Positions 60,072 to 64,000 of a stretch of DNA of 64,000 nucleotides are shown here, one piece after another. The stretch is from a virus. How positions within the stretch are numbered: the stretch's first letter is position 1; the number at the start of each line of letters is the position of its first letter. The DNA lies in IMG/VR virus record IMGVR_UViG_3300031857_000028, positions 32,001-96,000 of that record, one strand, 5' to 3'. Under the pieces are notes generated by a model that saw only the letters and a list, made by a program, of their open reading frames with translations, was not told the DNA's origin and ran no database searches. The translations under genes were made by a program, and so were the position numbers.

Positions 60072-60484
60072 TGATCTTTCTCCTTATTGAGATGCTTCCG
60101 CATCTTTTTGACATCTTTGGGTTTTGGTGCTCCATTAATATAACCGCCGGGAAGACTTAATCCAATTCCTCCCGTGGGGGCCCCATCTTCTTTGGTGACT
60201 TTTTTAGATTCCACATACTGCTTTAATTTTGTATAATAATCTGGAACTTCCCGAAGATGTGCAGCAGCAATCATTGCAGTTTTTACTAAACTTCCGTCCG
60301 TGACATCTTGGTGTTCTAATTCCGTATTCATGCCCAAAACAAATTGGTTGAAGTCAAAATCATATCCCATATAATCATAGATACGTTTTGCTTCTTCCTT
60401 ACTAATATAAGTATCTCCGCTGACATACGGAGTGTCTTTTTTCGTGTCGGTTTCGGTCAATAAATCACGGAGACGTATCACCAC
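60068..60484 (-). CDS. DUF5661-like protein with IRLRDLLTE leader
   Basis: GMNTELEH...IAAAHLRE.PDYYTKL. Confidence 0.65.
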   Translation of the reverse strand: MVIRLRDLLTETDTKKDTPYVSGDTYISKEEAKRIYDYMGYDFDFNQFVLGMNTELEHQDVTDGSLVKTAMIAAAHLREVPDYYTKLKQYVESKKVTKEDGAPTGGIGLSLPGGYINGAPKPKDVKKMRKHLNKEKDQ

Positions 60485-60894
60485 TTACGGCAACTCCAAT
60501 ACCGTGCTTTAGTTCTTGGGCCAGGATTTGCACAGTTGTGACGTGCTCTAAATGACTTACGGCGACCAGGAATATTCTTCTTGATACGCATCTTTTTGTC
60601 ACCGAAGTTTACTTTCTTGATATTACCAGTTTTTGGGTCTTTAACATATACTTTGAATTTTCCAACATCGCCGCGCATTGGTTTTCCAAGGGGAACTTTG
60701 CGACCTTGATATTCTGCTTCTTCCAACATATCCTTACGTTCTAAGATATATTTAGCTAAACATGCTGGACAAAACTCACCATCATAAATGTCATTTTCGT
60801 TGATAGGAACGCAGTTGGGAACCATCTTACCACCTTTATCCTTCATACCAACTTGTCTATATCCTTCCCAACAAGCTTCAGTAATATTATCCAT
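60478..60894 (-). CDS. Modular basic protein (CWxGY...VPNCVP peptide plus DUF6321-like domain)
   Basis: EACWEGYRQVGMK...VPNCVP; KVNFGD...RRKSFRARHNC...ARYWSC; likely start MDNITE. Confidence 0.65.
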   Translation of the reverse strand: MDNITEACWEGYRQVGMKDKGGKMVPNCVPINENDIYDGEFCPACLAKYILERKDMLEEAEYQGRKVPLGKPMRGDVGKFKVYVKDPKTGNIKKVNFGDKKMRIKKNIPGRRKSFRARHNCANPGPRTKARYWSCRKW

Positions 60895-60895
60895 A

Positions 60896-61222
60896 TTAAT
60901 TATCCTTTTTGAACGTTGACACCATCGTAGGTTTACCACCAGGATTTCCTGCTTTACGTTTCCGAGTAACTGCTGACCGTTTTTCACCTTTACTCATTGC
61001 TGCTGCAGAACGGGCAGGACGACATTTTGGATATTTAGCAGAGCCACCTTTTCGTTCTTTTTTTCCAGCAGATGCCCCACATGGTGGATGCTTTCCACTT
61101 TTATCTTTTCGTGAAATATCCACCCATTTTTGACGAAGCCATTTTCCCAAATTACCTTTGGTCTTATACTTTTCGTCTAGTTCATCAACGACTTCTTCCA
61201 AAATATCCGAAAGACTTATCAT
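60896..61222 (-). CDS. Basic protein with MISLSDILEE leader
   Basis: LGKWLRQKWVDI...CG...YPKCRP. Confidence 0.6.
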   Translation of the reverse strand: MISLSDILEEVVDELDEKYKTKGNLGKWLRQKWVDISRKDKSGKHPPCGASAGKKERKGGSAKYPKCRPARSAAAMSKGEKRSAVTRKRKAGNPGGKPTMVSTFKKDN

Positions 61223-61554
61223 TTTTTACCCTTCTTCCATCCACCGCCCATACTCTTATATTTCTTTGCAGCCCACAAATTTGCATAAGCAGAAGGATAC
61301 ACATCAAATTTTGCACGTGCGGCTGCTTTTGCTTTTGCCCACTTGTCGGGACTCGTGGGTGTATTTTTTTCAAGTAAAGCAGAAAATTCTTCTAACTTTT
61401 TCTTTTTATGTGGGTCATTATTATACGTTGAATATGTGTCAAAGTCAGGTTGCGGCGCAGAAAACGTATCCCCCGTGTATTCGTTGGTAGTTTCTTCACA
61501 CCCGCATCCTTCATCACATCGACAAATATTTTCGTAAAAATCAATGTATTTCAT
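61219..61554 (-). CDS. Small protein with a basic C-terminal module
   Basis: LLE|KNTPT...AKFDVYPSAYAN.WAAKKYKSMGGGW. Confidence 0.6.
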   Translation of the reverse strand: MKYIDFYENICRCDEGCGCEETTNEYTGDTFSAPQPDFDTYSTYNNDPHKKKKLEEFSALLEKNTPTSPDKWAKAKAAARAKFDVYPSAYANLWAAKKYKSMGGGWKKGKK

Positions 61555-61555
61555 A

Positions 61556-61918
61556 TTACTTTAAAAATTTTAATTTATAAATAGTTGAACTAATTAAACC
61601 AGAAATTTCATCCACGGTGTTGTTGAGTTCTCCGTCTTGAGGTAATTGTGTGCGAATTTCATCAACAAACTTCTGCAATCCTGCAAAATATTTTAACACC
61701 GAATCATCTTCAAAAATCTGATTCGACATAACATATCCGCGAATAATTCCATATCGACCTTGGGCCATTTCTGCGTAGGAATCAATTAAATCAACAATCT
61801 CATCATAATATTCATTCAATGCTTTATGTGCGGCAAATGACGGTGTTTGTAAATGAAACACATGTGCTTGCGTTCTACTGGACATCAATGTTCCTAAAAA
61901 CTTTGCAATCGGTTCCAT
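61556..61918 (-). CDS. Ferritin/Dps-like protein (DUF5856-like)
   Basis: QAHVFHLQT..FAAHKALNEYYDEI...D..AE four-helix-bundle metal ligands. Confidence 0.75.
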   Translation of the reverse strand: MEPIAKFLGTLMSSRTQAHVFHLQTPSFAAHKALNEYYDEIVDLIDSYAEMAQGRYGIIRGYVMSNQIFEDDSVLKYFAGLQKFVDEIRTQLPQDGELNNTVDEISGLISSTIYKLKFLK

Positions 61919-61919
61919 G

Positions 61920-62588
61920 TTACTTGTCCTTTTTATGTGATTTATATCCCTTGGACTTCATGTAATAAGCAAGCGCCCACGGATTGTCAATTTTCTTATA
62001 TTTCTTCATTGCTTTGACGGTACCTTCCCATCCTTCAGGAGCAACTTCATCCATACAATCTGCACCTTCACAAATACTTTCATGAGCTAGGTGTGGATCT
62101 TTGTGTGGATCTTTGTGGTCTTTGGATGGGTTTAAATGCGTACCTTCTGGCATCATACCATCGGTGGCATCTGCAGGTGTTCCTTCCCCATCACCCAATG
62201 AACCTGGTTTATTCTTCTCATAATTCATGTTGTTATATACTGCATTCATGTATTCCGCTGCCTTGGTGATTTTTGACTGAACCCATCCCTCTAGTTCTTC
62301 ATCGTCACCCAACATGTTATAAATTTCTTTTGAATGCTTATTAATTGCCATCAAATCTGCTTTTGCCATCTGACCTTCGTGGTCATCAACAACGTCTGGA
62401 TTGTCTGGATTTTCTTCGTTCAAATTTTCTTTCTTAGTCCGTAGTTTTGCTAAATCTTCGCCTTCAATTTTCCCATCTTTATCAACGTCTAATTTTTTTT
62501 GATTGCCGGTAAGGTCTTCTTCGATAGTACGTGAACCAACCGGGGCTCCGATTCCACGTAGGTCTACTAATCCCATCATTCTAATCAT
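61920..62588 (-). CDS. Modular hypothetical protein including an EF-hand-like loop
   Basis: LDVDKDGKIEGEDL; DHEGQMAK...WVQSKITKAAEY; GWEGTVKAMKK...NPWALA. Confidence 0.6.
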   Translation of the reverse strand: MIRMMGLVDLRGIGAPVGSRTIEEDLTGNQKKLDVDKDGKIEGEDLAKLRTKKENLNEENPDNPDVVDDHEGQMAKADLMAINKHSKEIYNMLGDDEELEGWVQSKITKAAEYMNAVYNNMNYEKNKPGSLGDGEGTPADATDGMMPEGTHLNPSKDHKDPHKDPHLAHESICEGADCMDEVAPEGWEGTVKAMKKYKKIDNPWALAYYMKSKGYKSHKKDK

Positions 62589-62636
62589 TGTTGTACTCCC
62601 GTTGGTTTAAGCTTTTTAACTATTCTATGTAATATT

Positions 62637-62963
62637 TTATTCATCATCAGATGAACCGTCTTTCTTTTTAAATCCGCCGCCGAGTGCTATACTAGACGCT
62701 GAGGCCCACAGGTAATCTTCCCATTCGTCACCGTAGTTTTTCTTAAATCGTGCCACCGTTTTAGAATTACCTTTCATCTTTTTACCAATCTCGTCTCTCT
62801 TTGCAATCTGTGCAGGTGACATCCGACGACGATTTTTACGCGTTTCTTTAGTGTACGGAGGAACAGTTTTTTCATCCAACGATTCATCGCGCATGAATCG
62901 AATTTCATTTATTATTTTATAAATTTCTTCTTTAATAATTTCTTCCAGTTCACTACGTTTCAT
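62637..62963 (-). CDS. Hypothetical protein, putative internal head protein
   Basis: MKRSELEEIIKEEI leader followed by a basic domain. Confidence 0.6.
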   Translation of the reverse strand: MKRSELEEIIKEEIYKIINEIRFMRDESLDEKTVPPYTKETRKNRRRMSPAQIAKRDEIGKKMKGNSKTVARFKKNYGDEWEDYLWASASSIALGGGFKKKDGSSDDE

Positions 62964-62999
62964 AAAAAGTCTCCGCGGAGAATATAAAGTACATCACTA

Positions 63000-63007
63000 T
63001 ATAAATA
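63000..63007 (-). promoter_or_regulatory. Putative late promoter TATTTATA
   Basis: Recurrent intergenic motif, 37 nt upstream of the ATG at 62963. Confidence 0.6.
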
Positions 63008-63032
63008 TAACTAAATTTATATTAAAACGTTT

Positions 63033-64000
63033 CTATCCTATAAGCCAACGAATATCTTCGCTCTGATTGTTACCAATTTTCATTTCATATGGATTATGAT
63101 CAAGACCACCTTGCTTGATTGCAAGAGGAATACTATTGTATGACGTTTTATCTAATGCCATTTTTGTTAATTCGATTCCTTCCTGTCGTAGACGAAGTGC
63201 TGTATCACGGACCCATAATCCAATACACAGTGCCAATACCAAGTCGTCATTATATCCTTGCAATGCCTCTGGACGACCGTTCTTCCAAATAAACGTTTCT
63301 AATTCTGCCATCATACGACCAGACCGAATCGTAAACGAATTATCTAACATATACTCTTTGAGTCGTGCAATGATGAGTGGACGAGTGCGTTGGGAAATCA
63401 TAAAGCCTGGAACCATGTTTCGTTCATCCCGATAATGTCTATTTGTTATTTGATGTTCGACATCAACGTATTGTAAATCTCTTGACATATAAAAGAGATT
63501 TCGATATCCACGGTCAATAATTTGTTGAATGCAATTCCATCCGATAGAACTGTTATCGGGAATTAATAGTGCATCGTTGTATTCGGTGGCAATAGACACT
63601 AACATATTACCAAATTGTTTTGTCTCCACCTTACCTTTATATTCTGCAACTTGCATAGATTTTTCTACATCAATGACATGGAAGGTAGAATAATCTTCAC
63701 CATCGCCTCGGGCAACGTCAGCACAAACAACATAAGATTTACCTGCTACAGGGTATTCCCATACCCACAAATTTCCATCAAATCCTTGCTTAGAAATAGG
63801 TTCTTGTACATACGTCTTTTTATAAAATTCAATAATATCTGGTGGGACCACGGTATTACCAGAAAAGATAAATGAGGCATCGTGTTCCTGTGATGCTTGC
63901 ATTTCACCCATGAGTTCTGTCTGACGGTCACGCCAAGCTTGATCACGTTCTGGGTGTACTCGCCAGTCTAAGAGAATGGGATTGAATCCGTTTTCCTTAT
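63033..64000 (-). CDS. gp17: Terminase large subunit, C-terminal nuclease part; 5' end lies beyond the window
   Basis: Frame stays open to the edge (W.VHPERD..W); ADVARGDGEDYS and GYNDDLVLAL nuclease motifs. Confidence 0.92.
   Translation of the reverse strand, partial: KENGFNPILLDWRVHPERDQAWRDRQTELMGEMQASQEHDASFIFSGNTVVPPDIIEFYKKTYVQEPISKQGFDGNLWVWEYPVAGKSYVVCADVARGDGEDYSTFHVIDVEKSMQVAEYKGKVETKQFGNMLVSIATEYNDALLIPDNSSIGWNCIQQIIDRGYRNLFYMSRDLQYVDVEHQITNRHYRDERNMVPGFMISQRTRPLIIARLKEYMLDNSFTIRSGRMMAELETFIWKNGRPEALQGYNDDLVLALCIGLWVRDTALRLRQEGIELTKMALDKTSYNSIPLAIKQGGLDHNPYEMKIGNNQSEDIRWLIG

Noticed and set aside
1026-63875. Numerous plus-strand ORFs in the ORF track
   Set aside because: They lie antisense to well-supported minus-strand genes and show no recognisable motifs
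1-64000. Stop-codon reassignment, as seen in some large phages
   Set aside because: Core genes are intact and densely packed under the standard code
45219-64000. Introns or inteins in terminase, portal, capsid or sheath
   Set aside because: Reading frames are continuous, and I saw no intein splice motifs or homing endonuclease motifs
1-64000. tRNA or other standard RNA genes
   Set aside because: Intergenic gaps are short and none shows a cloverleaf or T-loop signature by eye; a tRNAscan run would confirm

Overview
This window is the virion morphogenesis region of a large, AT-rich, T4-like contractile-tailed (myo) phage, with all credible genes on the minus strand. In transcription order (right to left) it holds: the terminase C-terminus; a cluster of small, probably capsid-internal proteins; portal; prohead protease; ribosomal protein bS21; scaffold; major capsid; neck proteins; tail terminator; sheath; tube; about 23 kb of Ser/Thr-rich fibre and adhesin genes; a mucin-like knottin protein followed by five glycosyltransferase-type genes; an SNF2/HARP helicase; tail chaperones; tape measure; baseplate genes including a lytic-transglycosylase hub; and the 5' part of a family A DNA polymerase. 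The best candidate for an undescribed system is a phage-encoded mucin plus O-glycosylation operon (GT60 and other GTs directly behind a Pro/Thr stalk carrying cystine knots). Other notable observations: a 56-aa capsid insertion segment that recurs inside the tail sheath; a two-state, attenuator-like RNA leader ahead of the fibre cluster; a family of proteins with capsid-targeting-like N-termini and protease-site-delimited modules; a probable frameshift in the tail chaperone; and a recurrent TATTTATA late-promoter-like motif. All family assignments come from motif recognition by eye, not from database searches.
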